NCBI GenBank assembly: GCA_965201035.1 | Contig: OZ241750.1 | Location: 579,837 to 643,836, forward strand | Source of the DNA: an uncultured Pseudohongiella sp. | GTDB taxonomy: Bacteria; Pseudomonadota; Gammaproteobacteria; Pseudomonadales; Pseudohongiellaceae | Length of the DNA stretch: 64,000 nucleotides | Reading direction: 5' to 3' | The notes under the pieces: generated by a model | Database searches by the model: none | Told to the model about the DNA's origin: nothing | The model's input: the letters and a program-made list of their open reading frames with translations, nothing else | In this document: piece by piece, positions 37,659-50,839 of the stretch | How positions within the stretch are numbered: position 1 is the first letter of the stretch | How the letters are laid out: every line of letters begins with the position of its first letter | Program-made: the position numbers and the translations under genes

Positions 37659-37988
37659 ATGCCATCCCAACTTTGCGTCAACAAAACAGATCCGCCCGTC
37701 ACGTGGTCGGAACCGCCATGACACGCGGACAAGAACTCAGTTCAGCGCGGGCTGGAGTCTCGGCCTGTGGGTTTTCGTCTTTCCGCCTGAACCGACAGTG
37801 GCCAAGCCTAACACAAGTCCACAAAACTGTTGAACCCCTTTTTCAACCCCGTTTTTTCCCCGCGTCCCAACCCTATTCATCGCCCGGGAAACCCCGCGCC
37901 GAAAGCCGCCTATCGCTGGTTGGCGCGGCACGCGCCCACGCGCCATGCGGCCCTTTGCGCATCAGGGCGCGCACCATAGGTTTACCAT

Positions 37989-38882
37989 CTATGCGTTACC
38001 GGCGGCCGATTTCCAGCCGGTCGCCCGGGACAGTCCTTCGCTGATATCCGCCAAGCTGCGGACCGTGGTCGCCCCGGCCGCCTCCAGCGCGGCGAATTTT
38101 TCCGCCGCCGTGCCTTTGCCTCCCGAGATAATCGCGCCCGCGTGCCCCATGCGCTTGCCCGGCGGCGCCGTCACGCCGGCGATATAAGCCACCACGGGCT
38201 TACTGACATTCCCGGCGATGAACGCCGCCGCCTCCTCTTCGGCGCTGCCGCCGATCTCACCGATCATGACGATGGCTTCCGTAGCCGGATCCCGCTCGAA
38301 CAGGGCCAATATATCAACAAAGCTGGAACCCGGAATCGGGTCGCCGCCGATGCCGACGCAGGAAGATTGGCCATAACCGTGATCGCTGGTTTGCTGCACA
38401 GCCTCATAAGTGAGCGTGCCGGAGCGCGAAACGATGCCGACCTTGCCCGGCTTGTGGATATCGTCCGGCATGATGCCGATTTTGCTTTCCCCCGGAGTGA
38501 TCACGCCGGGACAATTGGGCCCGATCAGGCACACACCGGCCTGATCGCATTTGGCTTTGGCGAGCAACATGTCGAGCGTCGGGATGCCTTCGGTAATGCA
38601 AACCACGAGTTCCACACCGGCGGCCACGGCTTCCAAGATGGAATCGAGGCAGAACGGCGCCGGTACATAAATGGAAGTCGCCGTGGCACCGGTGGCCGCG
38701 ACCGCCTCGCGCACGGTATTGAACACCGGCACACCGAGATGGGTCTGTCCGCCTTTGCCCGGCGTCACGCCGCCGACCACCCGGGTGCCGTAGGCAAGGG
38801 CTTGCTCGGTATGGAAACTGCCCTGCGCACCGGTGATGCCTTGGCAAAGCACCTTGGTTCGGGCATCAATCAAAATACTCAT
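37989..38882 (-). CDS. sucD: succinate--CoA ligase subunit alpha
   Basis: 297 aa, [18 protein letters not shown]...GHAGAII, with the phosphohistidine loop. Confidence 0.95.
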   Translation of the reverse strand: MSILIDARTKVLCQGITGAQGSFHTEQALAYGTRVVGGVTPGKGGQTHLGVPVFNTVREAVAATGATATSIYVPAPFCLDSILEAVAAGVELVVCITEGIPTLDMLLAKAKCDQAGVCLIGPNCPGVITPGESKIGIMPDDIHKPGKVGIVSRSGTLTYEAVQQTSDHGYGQSSCVGIGGDPIPGSSFVDILALFERDPATEAIVMIGEIGGSAEEEAAAFIAGNVSKPVVAYIAGVTAPPGKRMGHAGAIISGGKGTAAEKFAALEAAGATTVRSLADISEGLSRATGWKSAAGNA

Positions 38883-40048
38883 CGATTCGCTCCGGCGGCC
38901 GTGACGACTTTTTGCGCGGCATCCCGCAAGCCGTCGGCGGCAATAATGCGCAAGCCACTCTCCGCCAGTGCCCGCCGGCCTTTCACGGCATTGTTGCCCT
39001 CCAAACGCACCACCACGGGTTGCTCCACGCCGACTTCGCGCACCGCCTCGATAATACCGTCGGCGATCAAATCGCAGCGCACGATGCCGCCGAAGATATT
39101 CACCAGCACGGCGCGCACTTTTTCATCGGATAAAATGATTTTGAATGCTTCGGAAACCCGCTCCGCGGTGGCGCTGCCGCCGACATCGAGGAAATTGGCG
39201 GGACTGCCGCCGTGCAACTGCACAATATCCATGGTGCCCATGGCCAAACCGGCACCGTTGACCATACAGCCAATATTGCCATCAAGCGCCACATAGCTGA
39301 GTTCCCAACGCGCCGCGTGAACTTCGCGCTCGTCGTCTTGGGAAGGATCGTGCATTTCCCGCAGCGCGGGCTGGCGGAACATGGCATTGCCATCGATATT
39401 GATTTTGGCATCCAGGCAGTTCAAGTCGCCTTGTTTGGTGATCACCAGCGGATTGATTTCGAGCAGTGACAAATCAAGCTGCTGAAACATTCGCGCCAGC
39501 GCCAGAAAAATGTTGCTGAATTGTTTCACCTGCTTCCCGACCAAACCGAGTTGAAAAGCGAGTTCGCGGCCTTGGTGCGGCTGCGCTCCGGTCAGCGGGT
39601 CGATGGCGGCGCGGAGGATTTTTTCCGGTGTTTCCCGCGCCACTTTTTCGATATCCATGCCGCCTTCGGTGGAGGCCATGAATACGATGCGTCGCGAAGC
39701 GCGGTCGATTACCGCGCCGAGATACAGTTCGCGCTCGATGGCGACGCATTCCTCGACCAGAATCCGCCGCACCGGCTGGCCCCTGGCATCCGTCTGGAAT
39801 GTCGCCAGATTGCGGCCAAGCCAGTGTTTGGCGAAAGCTTCGGCCTCGGCCGCGTCGCGCACCCGTTTCACGCCGCCCGCTTTGCCGCGGCCGCCAGCGT
39901 GAACCTGTGCTTTCACCATCCAGCTATCGCCGGCCAAATTTTTGACGGCCGCGGCCGCATCGGCGGCCGACTCGATCATTGTGGAACGGGATACGGGCAA
40001 GCCATAGTCGGCGAACAGCCGCTTCGCCTGATATTCGTGCAAATTCAT
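38879..40048 (-). CDS. sucC: ADP-forming succinate--CoA ligase subunit beta
   Basis: 389 aa starting [19 protein letters not shown], with an ATP-grasp domain. The stop overlaps the sucD start. Confidence 0.95.
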   Translation of the reverse strand: MNLHEYQAKRLFADYGLPVSRSTMIESAADAAAAVKNLAGDSWMVKAQVHAGGRGKAGGVKRVRDAAEAEAFAKHWLGRNLATFQTDARGQPVRRILVEECVAIERELYLGAVIDRASRRIVFMASTEGGMDIEKVARETPEKILRAAIDPLTGAQPHQGRELAFQLGLVGKQVKQFSNIFLALARMFQQLDLSLLEINPLVITKQGDLNCLDAKINIDGNAMFRQPALREMHDPSQDDEREVHAARWELSYVALDGNIGCMVNGAGLAMGTMDIVQLHGGSPANFLDVGGSATAERVSEAFKIILSDEKVRAVLVNIFGGIVRCDLIADGIIEAVREVGVEQPVVVRLEGNNAVKGRRALAESGLRIIAADGLRDAAQKVVTAAGANR

Positions 40049-40111
40049 CTAATTTCCCCGTGTGGAGTCGCACCGCGGCTTCGCTTGGTGGTGGATTGGC
40101 CCCGCTGCCGA

Positions 40112-41611
<1,500 letters not shown>

Positions 41612-41634
41612 TCAAACACCTATGTTTCCAAGAT

Positions 41635-42840
41635 CTATATTTCCAACACCAGGCGGGTTGGATCTTCCAGCAGCTCTTTGATGGTGACCAGGAACTGCAC
41701 CGCCTCTTTGCCGTCGATCAACCGATGATCGTAGGACAGCGCCAGATACATCATGGGCAGAATGGAGATTTCATCCCCTTCGCCCTCCACCACCGGCCGC
41801 CGTTGGATCTTGTGCATGCCGAGAATCGCGGTTTGCGGCGGATTTAAAATCGGTGTCGAGAGCAGCGAGCCAAAAACTCCGCCATTGGAAATGGTGAATG
41901 TGCCGCCGGCCAACTCTTCGATCGCCAGCTTGCCGTCCCGCGCTTTTTCCCCGAATTGCAAAATTTGCCGCTCAATTTCGGCAAAGCCCATATGGTCGGC
42001 ATCGCGCAGCACGGGCACCACTAATCCCCGCGGCGAAGCCACCGCCACGCCGATGTCCTGATAGCCGTGATAGACGATATCGTTGCCGTCGATAGAAGCG
42101 TTGACCGCCGGGAAACGCTTCAGAGCTTCCACCGAGGCGCGCACGAAAAAGGACATTAGGCCCAGCTTGACACCGTCGTGGGTGTCCCGGAAGCGTTGCT
42201 GATGGCGGGCGCGTATTGCCATCACCGGCGCCATATTGACTTCGTTGAAGGTGGTCAACATCGCCGTGGTGTTGGTGGCGTCAAGCAGGCGCTGGGCGAC
42301 CCGCGCCCGCAGCCGGCTCATGGGCACGCGCTCTTCCTTCCTCTCCCCGCCGAACCCCTGGTCCTGCATTCTTTGCCGCTGTTCCGCGGCACGCGGGGCC
42401 GAAGCGTCCCCCGGGCCCGGAGTGGGAGCATTCGACTCCGCCAGCTTGTCGAGCACGTCGCCGCGAGTGATGCGGCCGCCTTTGCCGCTGCCGCCGACCG
42501 CGTTTGGATCCAGCTTGTGCTCCGCCAGCAAGCGGCGCGCCGCCGGTCCGGCTGGCGGCGCCTGGGCGGTATCCTCCGCTTCTTCGGCTTCGGCGGGCGC
42601 AGGGCCGGGCTCGATTCTGCCGATGGCTTCATCGCCGACGATGGTGTCGCCGGCGTGCTTGTAGATTTCCTTGAGCACACCGTCCGCCGGCGCCGGAACT
42701 TCGATCACAACCTTGTCGGTTTCGATTTCCGCCAGGACCTCATCCCTGGCGACCGCTTCGCCCGCTTTTCGGTGCCAAGCGGCGATGGTGCCGTCCGGGA
42801 CCGACTCCGGCAGGGTCGGTGCCTTCAATTCAATCGTCAT
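41635..42840 (-). CDS. sucB: 2-oxoglutarate dehydrogenase E2, dihydrolipoyllysine-residue succinyltransferase
   Basis: 401 aa with a lipoyl domain ([14 protein letters not shown]), an E3-binding domain and the catalytic motif SYDHRLIDG. Confidence 0.93.
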   Translation of the reverse strand: MTIELKAPTLPESVPDGTIAAWHRKAGEAVARDEVLAEIETDKVVIEVPAPADGVLKEIYKHAGDTIVGDEAIGRIEPGPAPAEAEEAEDTAQAPPAGPAARRLLAEHKLDPNAVGGSGKGGRITRGDVLDKLAESNAPTPGPGDASAPRAAEQRQRMQDQGFGGERKEERVPMSRLRARVAQRLLDATNTTAMLTTFNEVNMAPVMAIRARHQQRFRDTHDGVKLGLMSFFVRASVEALKRFPAVNASIDGNDIVYHGYQDIGVAVASPRGLVVPVLRDADHMGFAEIERQILQFGEKARDGKLAIEELAGGTFTISNGGVFGSLLSTPILNPPQTAILGMHKIQRRPVVEGEGDEISILPMMYLALSYDHRLIDGKEAVQFLVTIKELLEDPTRLVLEI

Positions 42841-42868
42841 TTCTTATCCATTTGGATTGGTCCGGTGA

Positions 42869-45721
42869 TTACTTGCCAGCTGTTGTCTGGGCGATATCGA
42901 GGGCCGCGCGCAGAAACTCGTCCTGCTGCCGCAGGTGCAGCGCGAGATAACCCGCCGCGGCCGCGGCCGAGGCTTCCCGCCCGGCGTACGCCAGCGAAAT
43001 ATCGGGAAAATGTTCACCGACGACCCGGCGGATATGATGTTGGCTGGAATACCAAGCGCCCTGATTCAGGGGTTCTTCCTGGCACCAGACGGCGGCTTTC
43101 GCATTGGGGTAGCGGCCGATGACGCGACCAAAGTCCTGCCGGGGAAAAGGATACAACTGCTCCAGCCGGATGATGGCGACATCGTCTACGCCGTGGGCGC
43201 GGCGCATTTCATCCAAATCGTAAAATACCTTGCCGCCGCAGATGATGAGTTTGCGCACCCGGTCCGCGGCCGGAGCAGCCGGGTCGTCGAGCACGACCTG
43301 AAACTCTCCGCCGGCCAATTGTTCCAAGCTGCAGGCGCATTCGCGCCGCCGCAGCAGGCTCTTCGGCGACATCACCACTAGCGGTTTGCGCAGCGGGCAA
43401 AGCACCTGTTTGCGCAGCAAATGGAATATTTGCGCCGAATTGGTGGGCTGGCAGACTTGGATATTGTGTTCCGCGCAGAGTTGCAAAAACCGCTCCAGCC
43501 GCGCCGAGGAATGTTCCGGCCCCTGTCCTTCGTAGCCGTGGGGCAGCAACATGGCCAAGCCGCACAGCCGCATCCACTTGTGTTCGCCGCTGGTGATAAA
43601 TTGATCGATTACGACTTGGGCCGAATTGGCGAAATCGCCGAACTGCGCTTCCCAAATCACCAGCGCGTTGGGCATGGTGGTGGCGTAGCCGTATTCGAAA
43701 GCCAGCGCCGCCTCCTCGGACAGCAGCGAATTGTAAATGGTGAAGGAACCCTGATCTTTGGCCAATTGCCCCAGCGCCACGTATTCCGCGCCGGTTTCCT
43801 GATCGTGCAGAATGGCGTGGCGGTGGGCGAAGGTGCCGCGGGCGCAATCCTGGCCGGTGATGCGCACTTTGTTGCCGCTGACCAGAATGCTGGCATAGGC
43901 AAGCGTCTCGGCGAAGCCCCAATCCACCGGCGTTTTTCCTTCCGCCATTCGCTGCCGCTCCCGCATCAACTTTTCCACTTGTCGGTGGAGGCGGAAGTCA
44001 TGCGGCGTTTTGCTCAGCTTGCGAGCCAGCGCCCGCAAATTCTCCAGCGGCATCGAAGTCTGATAATGGGGACTCCAATCGTGACCGAGATAGGGGCTCC
44101 AATCAACGAACAACTCCACCGACGGTTCTTGGACCAAACTCTTGACCACGTGTTCACCGGTGTCCAGCGCCGAACGGTAGGCGCTTTCCATTGCTCGCGA
44201 ATCGGCCGGAGAAACCACATCTTCCTTCGCCAACCTTGCCGCGTACAGCGCGCGAGTCGTCTTCCGGGCACGAATTTCGGCGTACATCTGCGGTTGGGTG
44301 ATGGCCGGCTCGTCGGTCTCGTTGTGACCTTTTCGCCGGTAGCAAATCAGATCGATCACGACATCTTTTTTGAATTGGTAGCGGTAATCCAGTGCCAGCC
44401 GCGTGACGAACAACACCGCCTCCGGGTCGTCGGCGTTGACGTGGAAAATCGGCGCCTGCACCATTTTGGCCACATCGGTGCAATACTCAGTGGAGCGGGC
44501 GTCGTCCTGGCGGCTGGTGGTGAATCCGATTTGATTGTTGATGACGATATGCACGGTGCCGCCGGTCGAATACGCCCGGGCACGCGACATTTGCAAAGTT
44601 TCCATCACCACGCCTTGGCCGGCGAAGGCGGCGTCGCCATGCACGATAATCGGCAGCACCATATCGCCCTGCCGGTCTCCCCGGCGCGATTGCCGCGCCC
44701 GCACCGAACCTTCCACAACCGGCGCGACGATTTCCAGGTGCGAAGGATTGAAGGCCAGTGCCATATGCACTTCGCCGCCGGATGTCATGATGTTGGAAGA
44801 GAAACCCTGGTGGTACTTCACATCGCCGGAATGGCTGAAAGTTGCCTTGCCCTCGAATTCATCGAACAAATCGCTGGGGTTTTTGCCGAGAATATTGACC
44901 AAGACATTCAAGCGGCCGCGGTGGGCCATGCCCAGCACGACTTCTTTCACCTCGTAACCGCCGGCGCGCTGAACGAGCTCGTCCAACAGCGGAATCAGGC
45001 TTTCGCCACCCTCCAGGCCGAAACGTTTGGTGCCGGGATACTTGCCGTCGAGATGCTTTTCCAGACCCTCGGCCGCGGTCAGACGCTCCAGCAGATGTTT
45101 CTTGTCCTCGTTGGCGAAGCGCAACCAGCCGTCCGTGCTTTCGATGATTTGCTGAATCCACTGCTTTTCCGCCAGATTGACGATATGCATGTATTCATAA
45201 CCGATGGAACCGCAGTAGATTCGCTCCATCACTTCGATGATGCCCCGCAGACTGTCCCGCCGCTTGCTGATGAACAAGGTGCCGGTTTGAAATATCGTTG
45301 ATAGATCGAGCGGCGAAAGGTCGTGGAATTCGATTTTGAGATCGGCCACCAGCATCCGGCGCATCAGTCCCAGGGGGTCGAGCGCGGCTTTCTGGTGGCC
45401 GCGTTCGCGATAGGAACTGATCAACTCGAGCACCAGTACCTGCTTCAGCTCGTGTTCGGAATTGACGACCGCGTCGTTGCTCAGCACTTGAGTGTGGCGG
45501 CTGACTTTTCCGAGCTTTCTGAAATCGTCGCGGATGTGCGAATGGGAAATGTCGGTCATGCCGCCGCTGGCGGCCGGCAGGGAGGAAAAGAATTCGCGCC
45601 ATTCATCCGGGACGGCGGCGGGGTTGTCGAGGAAGCTTTCATAGAGCCCGTCCACATACTCCGCATTGCCGCCGGAGAGATGGCCGGTGCTCCAGAGTAA
45701 TTCCATGACATCTTGGCGCAT
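42869..45721 (-). CDS. sucA: 2-oxoglutarate dehydrogenase E1 component
   Basis: 950 aa with N-terminal LSGGNAEYVDGLYESFL and ThDP-binding regions, in sdh-suc cluster context. Confidence 0.95.
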   Translation of the reverse strand: MRQDVMELLWSTGHLSGGNAEYVDGLYESFLDNPAAVPDEWREFFSSLPAASGGMTDISHSHIRDDFRKLGKVSRHTQVLSNDAVVNSEHELKQVLVLELISSYRERGHQKAALDPLGLMRRMLVADLKIEFHDLSPLDLSTIFQTGTLFISKRRDSLRGIIEVMERIYCGSIGYEYMHIVNLAEKQWIQQIIESTDGWLRFANEDKKHLLERLTAAEGLEKHLDGKYPGTKRFGLEGGESLIPLLDELVQRAGGYEVKEVVLGMAHRGRLNVLVNILGKNPSDLFDEFEGKATFSHSGDVKYHQGFSSNIMTSGGEVHMALAFNPSHLEIVAPVVEGSVRARQSRRGDRQGDMVLPIIVHGDAAFAGQGVVMETLQMSRARAYSTGGTVHIVINNQIGFTTSRQDDARSTEYCTDVAKMVQAPIFHVNADDPEAVLFVTRLALDYRYQFKKDVVIDLICYRRKGHNETDEPAITQPQMYAEIRARKTTRALYAARLAKEDVVSPADSRAMESAYRSALDTGEHVVKSLVQEPSVELFVDWSPYLGHDWSPHYQTSMPLENLRALARKLSKTPHDFRLHRQVEKLMRERQRMAEGKTPVDWGFAETLAYASILVSGNKVRITGQDCARGTFAHRHAILHDQETGAEYVALGQLAKDQGSFTIYNSLLSEEAALAFEYGYATTMPNALVIWEAQFGDFANSAQVVIDQFITSGEHKWMRLCGLAMLLPHGYEGQGPEHSSARLERFLQLCAEHNIQVCQPTNSAQIFHLLRKQVLCPLRKPLVVMSPKSLLRRRECACSLEQLAGGEFQVVLDDPAAPAADRVRKLIICGGKVFYDLDEMRRAHGVDDVAIIRLEQLYPFPRQDFGRVIGRYPNAKAAVWCQEEPLNQGAWYSSQHHIRRVVGEHFPDISLAYAGREASAAAAAGYLALHLRQQDEFLRAALDIAQTTAGK

Positions 45722-45763
45722 TGCGTTCGCCCTGTTCAGTTCGGACCGTCCGCCGCGTCGTGC

Positions 45764-46471
45764 TCAAACGCCCCGCCGCAGCAGCATGGAGCGGATATGG
45801 CCGATCGCCCGGGTGGGATTCAGCCCCTTGGGACACACCGCGACGCAGTTCATGATACCCCGGCAGCGGAACACGCTGAACGGGTCGTCCAACTCCGCCA
45901 AGCGTTCCTCAGTCGCGGTGTCCCTGCTGTCGGCCAAAAAGCGGTAAGCCTGCAACAAACCCGCGGGACCGATGAATTTTTCCGGGTTCCACCAAAACGA
46001 GGGGCAACTCGTGCTGCAGCAGGCGCAAAGAATGCACTCGTAGAGGCCGTCGAGTTTTTCCCGCTCCGTCGGCGATTGCAAGCGCTCCTCGGCCGGCGGC
46101 CTGTCATCATTGATCAAATAAGGCTTTACTTTTTCGAACTGGCGGTAGAACTGCGACAAATCCACCACCAGATCGCGAATCACCGGCAAGCCCGGCAGGG
46201 GCCGCAGCACCAGCTTGCCACTTGGGCCAAGCGCTTTCGACAAGGGTGTGATACAGGCCAAGCCGTTCACCCCGTTGATACTCATGCCGTCCGAGCCGCA
46301 TACACCCTCTCGGCAGGAGCGGCGGTAGGTGATGGACGGGTCTTTCGCCTTGGCCAATTCCAACACATCGAGCACCATCAAATCCCGGTTCTCGGGCACC
46401 TCGACTTCGATGTCCCGCATCGACGGCTTGCTGTCGGTTTCCGGGTTGTATCGGTAAATGCTGACTAACAC
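45764..46471 (-). CDS. sdhB: succinate dehydrogenase iron-sulfur subunit
   Basis: 235 aa with Cys clusters CREGVCGSDG, CILCACCSTSCP and CRGIMNCVAVCP. Confidence 0.95.
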   Translation of the reverse strand: MLVSIYRYNPETDSKPSMRDIEVEVPENRDLMVLDVLELAKAKDPSITYRRSCREGVCGSDGMSINGVNGLACITPLSKALGPSGKLVLRPLPGLPVIRDLVVDLSQFYRQFEKVKPYLINDDRPPAEERLQSPTEREKLDGLYECILCACCSTSCPSFWWNPEKFIGPAGLLQAYRFLADSRDTATEERLAELDDPFSVFRCRGIMNCVAVCPKGLNPTRAIGHIRSMLLRRGV

Positions 46472-46573
46472 GGTCGGCTGCTTTCCTGTGATGGGTTCGG
46501 GGCTTGCCCGCGGCGTTTGCCGCGTTCAGTTTCAACAAGCACTTTCTGTTCGTTCATTCTGGCCATGGGATTG

Positions 46574-48343
46574 TCAGTAGGTCCTCGCTTTCGGCTGAAA
46601 ACTCTCCACCTGGCTGGGCTGGAAATTGACAGCGCGCTTGCCAATCGCCTTCTCCTCCGGAAAGTACAGCGAGTGGCATAGCCAATCCGTGTCATTGCGC
46701 TCCTTGAAGTCCTCCCTGGCGTGGGCGCCTCGGCTTTCGTCGCGGCCTTCGGCGGCGACCGCGGTGGCCTCGGCAACGGCGAACAGATTCTGCAACTCCA
46801 GCGCTTCGATGCGGGCGGTGTTGAAGGCGGCACTTTTATCTTCCAGCCAGATATTTTCGATACGCGCGCCGAGCGCCGCAAGCCTGGCGATGCCATCGCG
46901 CATGAATTCTCCGGTGCGGAACACACCGAAATGCAACTGCATGATGTTTTGCAGTTCCGCCCGCAGCGCCGAGGTGCTTTCGCCGGAGGCGGATTCGTCA
47001 AGCCGACGCGGACGCGCCATGGCCCGCTCAATATCTTCCGGGGCGACCGCGGGCGCTCTCATGCCCTGTTGCAGCAATTGCTCGATATGTTTGCCCGCGG
47101 CCCGGCCGAACACCACTAAATCCAGCAAGCTGTTGCCACCGAGGCGATTGGCGCCGTGGACGGAAACGCAGGCGACTTCGCCGGCGGCGAACAGTCCCGG
47201 AATCGGCTGGTCCGCGCCGTCGGCGCGGGTCAGCGCCTGGCCGTGGATATCGGTTGGAATGCCGCCCATCATGTAATGGCAAGTCGGCACGACCGGAATC
47301 GGCTCGCGCACCGGGTCCACATGGGCGAAAGCGCGCGAAAGTTCAAGAATACCGGGCAGTTTGCTATTGAGCACTTCGGCACCGAGATGATCGAGCTTGA
47401 GCATGACATGATCGCCGTTTTCGCCACAGCCCCGGCCTTCGAGCACTTCGATCACCATGGCTCTTGCGACCACATCGCGGCCGGCCAGATCCTTGGCATT
47501 GGGTGCGTAGCGCTCCATGAATCTTTCCCCGTCCTTGTTGACGAGATAGCCGCCCTCGCCCCGGCAGCCTTCGGTCACCAAGGTGCCGGCGCCGTGGATG
47601 CCGGTCGGATGGAATTGCCACATTTCCATATCCTGGGCCGGGAAACCGGCGCGCAGGCTCATGCCGAGACCGTCGCCGGTATTGATCAGCGCGTTGGTCG
47701 TGGAAGCGTAAATCCGTCCGGCGCCGCCGGTTGCGAGCACGGTGGCGGCGGCATGCACGAAATACATATCGCCATCTTCCATATCGATCGCCGTGACACC
47801 GGCGACCGCGCCGTCTTGGTTGACGACCAAATCCACCACATACCACTCGTTCAAAAAGACGGTATCGTTCTTCAGATTGCCTTGGTAAAGGGCGTGCAGC
47901 AGCGCATGACCGGTGCGGTCCGCCGCCGCGCAGGTGCGGGCCGCCTGCCCCCCCTTGCCGAAACTCTTCGACTGGCCGCCAAAGGGCCGTTGGTAAATGC
48001 GCCCGCTGTCGGTACGGGAAAACGGCAAACCCATATGCTCCAATTCATAGACGGTTTGCGGTCCTTCCATGCACATGTATTCGATCGCGTTCTGATCGCC
48101 AATATAGTCCGAGCCCTTGACGGTATCGTACATATGCCAGCGCCAATCATCCTCGGGGTCGGCGCTGGCGATGGCGCAGGTGATGCCGCCCTGGGCCGAC
48201 ACGGTATGGGAGCGGGTTGGGAATACTTTGGACAAAACCGCGGTGCGGAAACCGGATTGCGCCAATTGCAGCGCCGCCCTCATTCCGGCGCCGCCGCCAC
48301 CGACGATAATGGCGTCGAAGGAAATGATTTTGCCTCTCTTCAT
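46574..48343 (-). CDS. sdhA: succinate dehydrogenase flavoprotein subunit
   Basis: ATG at 48343 gives [25 protein letters not shown]. The covalent-FAD region is [10 protein letters not shown]. The ORF-track start at 48526 runs into sdhD. Confidence 0.95.
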   Translation of the reverse strand: MKRGKIISFDAIIVGGGGAGMRAALQLAQSGFRTAVLSKVFPTRSHTVSAQGGITCAIASADPEDDWRWHMYDTVKGSDYIGDQNAIEYMCMEGPQTVYELEHMGLPFSRTDSGRIYQRPFGGQSKSFGKGGQAARTCAAADRTGHALLHALYQGNLKNDTVFLNEWYVVDLVVNQDGAVAGVTAIDMEDGDMYFVHAAATVLATGGAGRIYASTTNALINTGDGLGMSLRAGFPAQDMEMWQFHPTGIHGAGTLVTEGCRGEGGYLVNKDGERFMERYAPNAKDLAGRDVVARAMVIEVLEGRGCGENGDHVMLKLDHLGAEVLNSKLPGILELSRAFAHVDPVREPIPVVPTCHYMMGGIPTDIHGQALTRADGADQPIPGLFAAGEVACVSVHGANRLGGNSLLDLVVFGRAAGKHIEQLLQQGMRAPAVAPEDIERAMARPRRLDESASGESTSALRAELQNIMQLHFGVFRTGEFMRDGIARLAALGARIENIWLEDKSAAFNTARIEALELQNLFAVAEATAVAAEGRDESRGAHAREDFKERNDTDWLCHSLYFPEEKAIGKRAVNFQPSQVESFQPKARTY

Positions 48344-48360
48344 TGTCCTTTCCGGCCGGG

Positions 48361-48729
48361 CTAAACACTCCATAAAATTCCGCCACCCCAAAGCAAATAG
48401 ACCAAGGTGAGGGCAGCGCAAAGGGCTTGGGTCAGCAAGCGCAGCCAGAATCCGGCCCGGCCTAAATGCGCTTCGGTGAGATAGTCGGTGCTGACCGTCC
48501 AGACTCCGATCCAGGCATGGGCGCACAGTGCAAGCAGCGCGGCCAAGCTGAAAATCCGCATGGCGGGCGCCGCAAACAACAGGCGCCAGTTTTCATGGTT
48601 CAACTCCGGCAGCAACAGCACGCCGGCGGCGACCCACAGCGTGTAGGCCAGCAGTACCAGCGCGCTAAGGCGTTGGATCAGCCAATCGGCCAAGCCGGAA
48701 CGGCCGAGACTGGTGGTGTTGGTCACCAT
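48361..48729 (-). CDS. sdhD: succinate dehydrogenase hydrophobic membrane anchor SdhD
   Basis: ATG at 48729 overlaps the sdhC stop. About 122 aa with three TM helices, positioned between sdhC and sdhA. Confidence 0.8.
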   Translation of the reverse strand: MVTNTTSLGRSGLADWLIQRLSALVLLAYTLWVAAGVLLLPELNHENWRLLFAAPAMRIFSLAALLALCAHAWIGVWTVSTDYLTEAHLGRAGFWLRLLTQALCAALTLVYLLWGGGILWSV

Positions 48730-49112
48730 GGTCGAAGTCCCGCCAACCAGAGACCCAGCAAAACCGCGGTCACACCCGAAAGCGCGATAACCGCCAGCGC
48801 CGATAGCCGCCCGCCGCGCCAAGTTTCACCAATGCCGATGTCCATCAACAGGTGCCGGCAACCGGCGATCAGGTGATAGGCCATCGCGGCGGCGGCGAAC
48901 CACAGCGCCAAACGCGCGGCCGGCGGAGACAGCAAACCAATTGCCCGCTCGAAACCGGCCTCAGAACTCAGCGACAAATCGAACAGAAAGAGCAGCGGCG
49001 CGATGGCCAGAAAAAGCAGAATGCCGGAGACTCTGTGCGTTATCGAAACCAGTGCCGTCACCGGCCAGCGAATATTGAAGAGATTGAGATTGGTGGGTCT
49101 GCCGCTGTTCAC
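48723..49112 (-). CDS. sdhC: succinate dehydrogenase cytochrome b556 subunit SdhC
   Basis: 129 aa with RPTNLNL...SITHRVSG, the haem-ligand His region. It is the first gene of sdhCDAB and is divergent from gltA. Confidence 0.82.
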   Translation of the reverse strand: MNSGRPTNLNLFNIRWPVTALVSITHRVSGILLFLAIAPLLFLFDLSLSSEAGFERAIGLLSPPAARLALWFAAAAMAYHLIAGCRHLLMDIGIGETWRGGRLSALAVIALSGVTAVLLGLWLAGLRPW

Positions 49113-49362
49113 CTTGCCTCAGCCAGCCTGCTTCCGAGCCTGCGGCAGTATATACACAGCAACCCCCCATGACAATCTCGCGCGACTGTCGAACCCGCTG
49201 CTCAAACGCTAATTTGACAATGGCGCGGGACTGTTCCTAGTATTGCCGTCCCCGCCGGCGAACAGCCCGTGGAGCGCTAGCCGGCAGCACAGAACCGGCG
49301 GCGCAAGCGCCGAAACGGGAAACGCATTCGCCTACATCGGCACCCAAAGCGCGGAGATTTCC

Positions 49363-50679
49363 ATGACTGCAAGAACGGCGCGATTGATCGTCGACGGCCA
49401 GCCGGACCCCATTGAGCTGCCGATCCATCAAAGCAGTGTCGGCCCGGATGTGATCGATGTGCGCGGCATCATCGACAGCGGTTACTTCACTTACGACCCC
49501 GGGTTTATCTCCACCGCCTCCTGTGATTCGGATATCACCTATATCAGCGGCGGCGAAGGGGTGTTGCTGTACCGGGGCTACCCGATCGAACAGTTGGCCG
49601 AACATTCCAGTTTCCTAGAAAGCTGTTTTCTGCTTTTGCACGGCGAGCTGCCCAGTGGCGCGGAGAAGCTCGAGTTCGAGAAAACGATTCGCTACCACAC
49701 CATGGTGGATCAGCAAATTCATCAGTTTTTCAACGGTTTTCCGCGCTCTTCGCATCCGATGTCGATGCTGGTCAGCGTGGTGGGAGCCTTGTCGGCTTTT
49801 TATCACGACACGATGGATATTGCCGACCCCGGACACCGAATGTTGGTGGCGCGCCGGGTGATCGCGAAGATGCCTACGCTGGCCGCCATGTGCTACAAGC
49901 ACGGCGTTGGCCAGCCCTTCATGTACCCGCGCAATTCGCTGGGCTTTTCCGAGAATTTCCTGCATATGATGTTCGGCACGCCCTGCGAGGAGAAGGAAAT
50001 CAGTCCGGTGCTCGCCCGTGCCATGGATTTGATTTTCCTGCTGCATGCCGACCACGAGCAGAACGCCTCCACTTCCACCGTGCGTTTGGCGGGTTCGACC
50101 GGGGCGAATCCGTTCTCCTGTATCGCCGCCGGCATCGCCGCGCTCTGGGGGCCCGCCCACGGCGGCGCCAATGAATCCGTGCTCGAAATGCTGTCTGAAA
50201 TCGGTTCGGAATCCCACATCGACGATTTTATCCGCCGCGCGAAAGATCCCGATGATCCCTACCGACTCATGGGTTTCGGTCACCGCGTATACAAGAATTT
50301 CGATCCCCGCGCCACGGTCATGCGCGAAGTTTGCGATCAAGTACTTGGCGAAGTGGGCGAAGCGGCGGACAACTCCTTGTTCCGCATCGCCCGCAGACTC
50401 GAACAGATCGCCTTGGAAGACGATTACTTTGTGGAGCGCAAGCTGTATCCGAATGTCGATTTTTACTCGGGCATTATTCTCAAAGCGCTGGGCATCCCGA
50501 CGAGCATGTTCACAGTGATCTTCGCCACCGGGCGCACTCCCGGCTGGATGGCGCACTGGAACGAAATGGTGGGAGGTGATTACCGCATTGGACGCCCGCG
50601 GCAACTGTACCGGGGGCCGCGGCGGCGGGACTATCCGCTGGATCGACGCGCTGAACGCGGGGCCACAAAAGTTTCCTGA
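49363..50679 (+). CDS. gltA: citrate synthase (type II)
   Basis: ATG at 49363 follows GGAG. About 438 aa with the catalytic regions GPAHGGANE and [14 protein letters not shown]. Confidence 0.93.
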   Translation: MTARTARLIVDGQPDPIELPIHQSSVGPDVIDVRGIIDSGYFTYDPGFISTASCDSDITYISGGEGVLLYRGYPIEQLAEHSSFLESCFLLLHGELPSGAEKLEFEKTIRYHTMVDQQIHQFFNGFPRSSHPMSMLVSVVGALSAFYHDTMDIADPGHRMLVARRVIAKMPTLAAMCYKHGVGQPFMYPRNSLGFSENFLHMMFGTPCEEKEISPVLARAMDLIFLLHADHEQNASTSTVRLAGSTGANPFSCIAAGIAALWGPAHGGANESVLEMLSEIGSESHIDDFIRRAKDPDDPYRLMGFGHRVYKNFDPRATVMREVCDQVLGEVGEAADNSLFRIARRLEQIALEDDYFVERKLYPNVDFYSGIILKALGIPTSMFTVIFATGRTPGWMAHWNEMVGGDYRIGRPRQLYRGPRRRDYPLDRRAERGATKVS

Positions 50680-50719
50680 ATCGCTCGAAAGCCGGTCGGA
50701 CTTCTCTGGATGCGCGAAT

Positions 50720-50795
50720 TGGTGGAGCCTACCGGGATCGAACCGGTGACCTCAACGCTGCCAGCGTTGCGCTCTCCCAGCTGAGCTAAGGCCCC
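50720..50795 (-). tRNA. tRNA-Ala (anticodon GGC), 76 nt with encoded CCA
   Basis: The reverse complement is GGGGCCTTAGCTCAGCTGGGAGAGCGCAACGCTGGCAGCGTTGAGGTCACCGGTTCGATCCCGGTAGGCTCCACCA. It has the G3:U70 Ala identity pair and the anticodon loop CTGGCAG. Confidence 0.9.
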
Positions 50796-50839
50796 AATAG
50801 ATGGCGAGGGCGGAATTTTAGGAACCGGGCCGCTCGCTG

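Noticed and set aside
37659-37800. Fur box upstream of the TonB2-type operon
   Set aside because: I could not find any 19-mer resembling GATAATGATAATCATTATC, and the region is GC-rich. The absence is by eye only.
43421-45301. 626-aa plus-strand ORF
   Set aside because: It is antisense to sucA, whose 950-aa product is unmistakable. It has no motifs or RBS. It is a high-GC shadow ORF.
47156-48364. 402-aa plus-strand ORF
   Set aside because: It is antisense to sdhA. It has no homology signal that I can recognise.
46574-48526. Long N-terminal extensions in ORF-track models (sdhA to 48526, argS from 28209, fabD to 26098, rluC to 28483, mltG to 22630, exbD to 35079, TtpC-like to 36945)
   Set aside because: The extensions overlap neighbouring genes and are Arg/Gly/Pro-rich without homology. 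Internal ATGs reproduce canonical N-termini, often with a Shine-Dalgarno.
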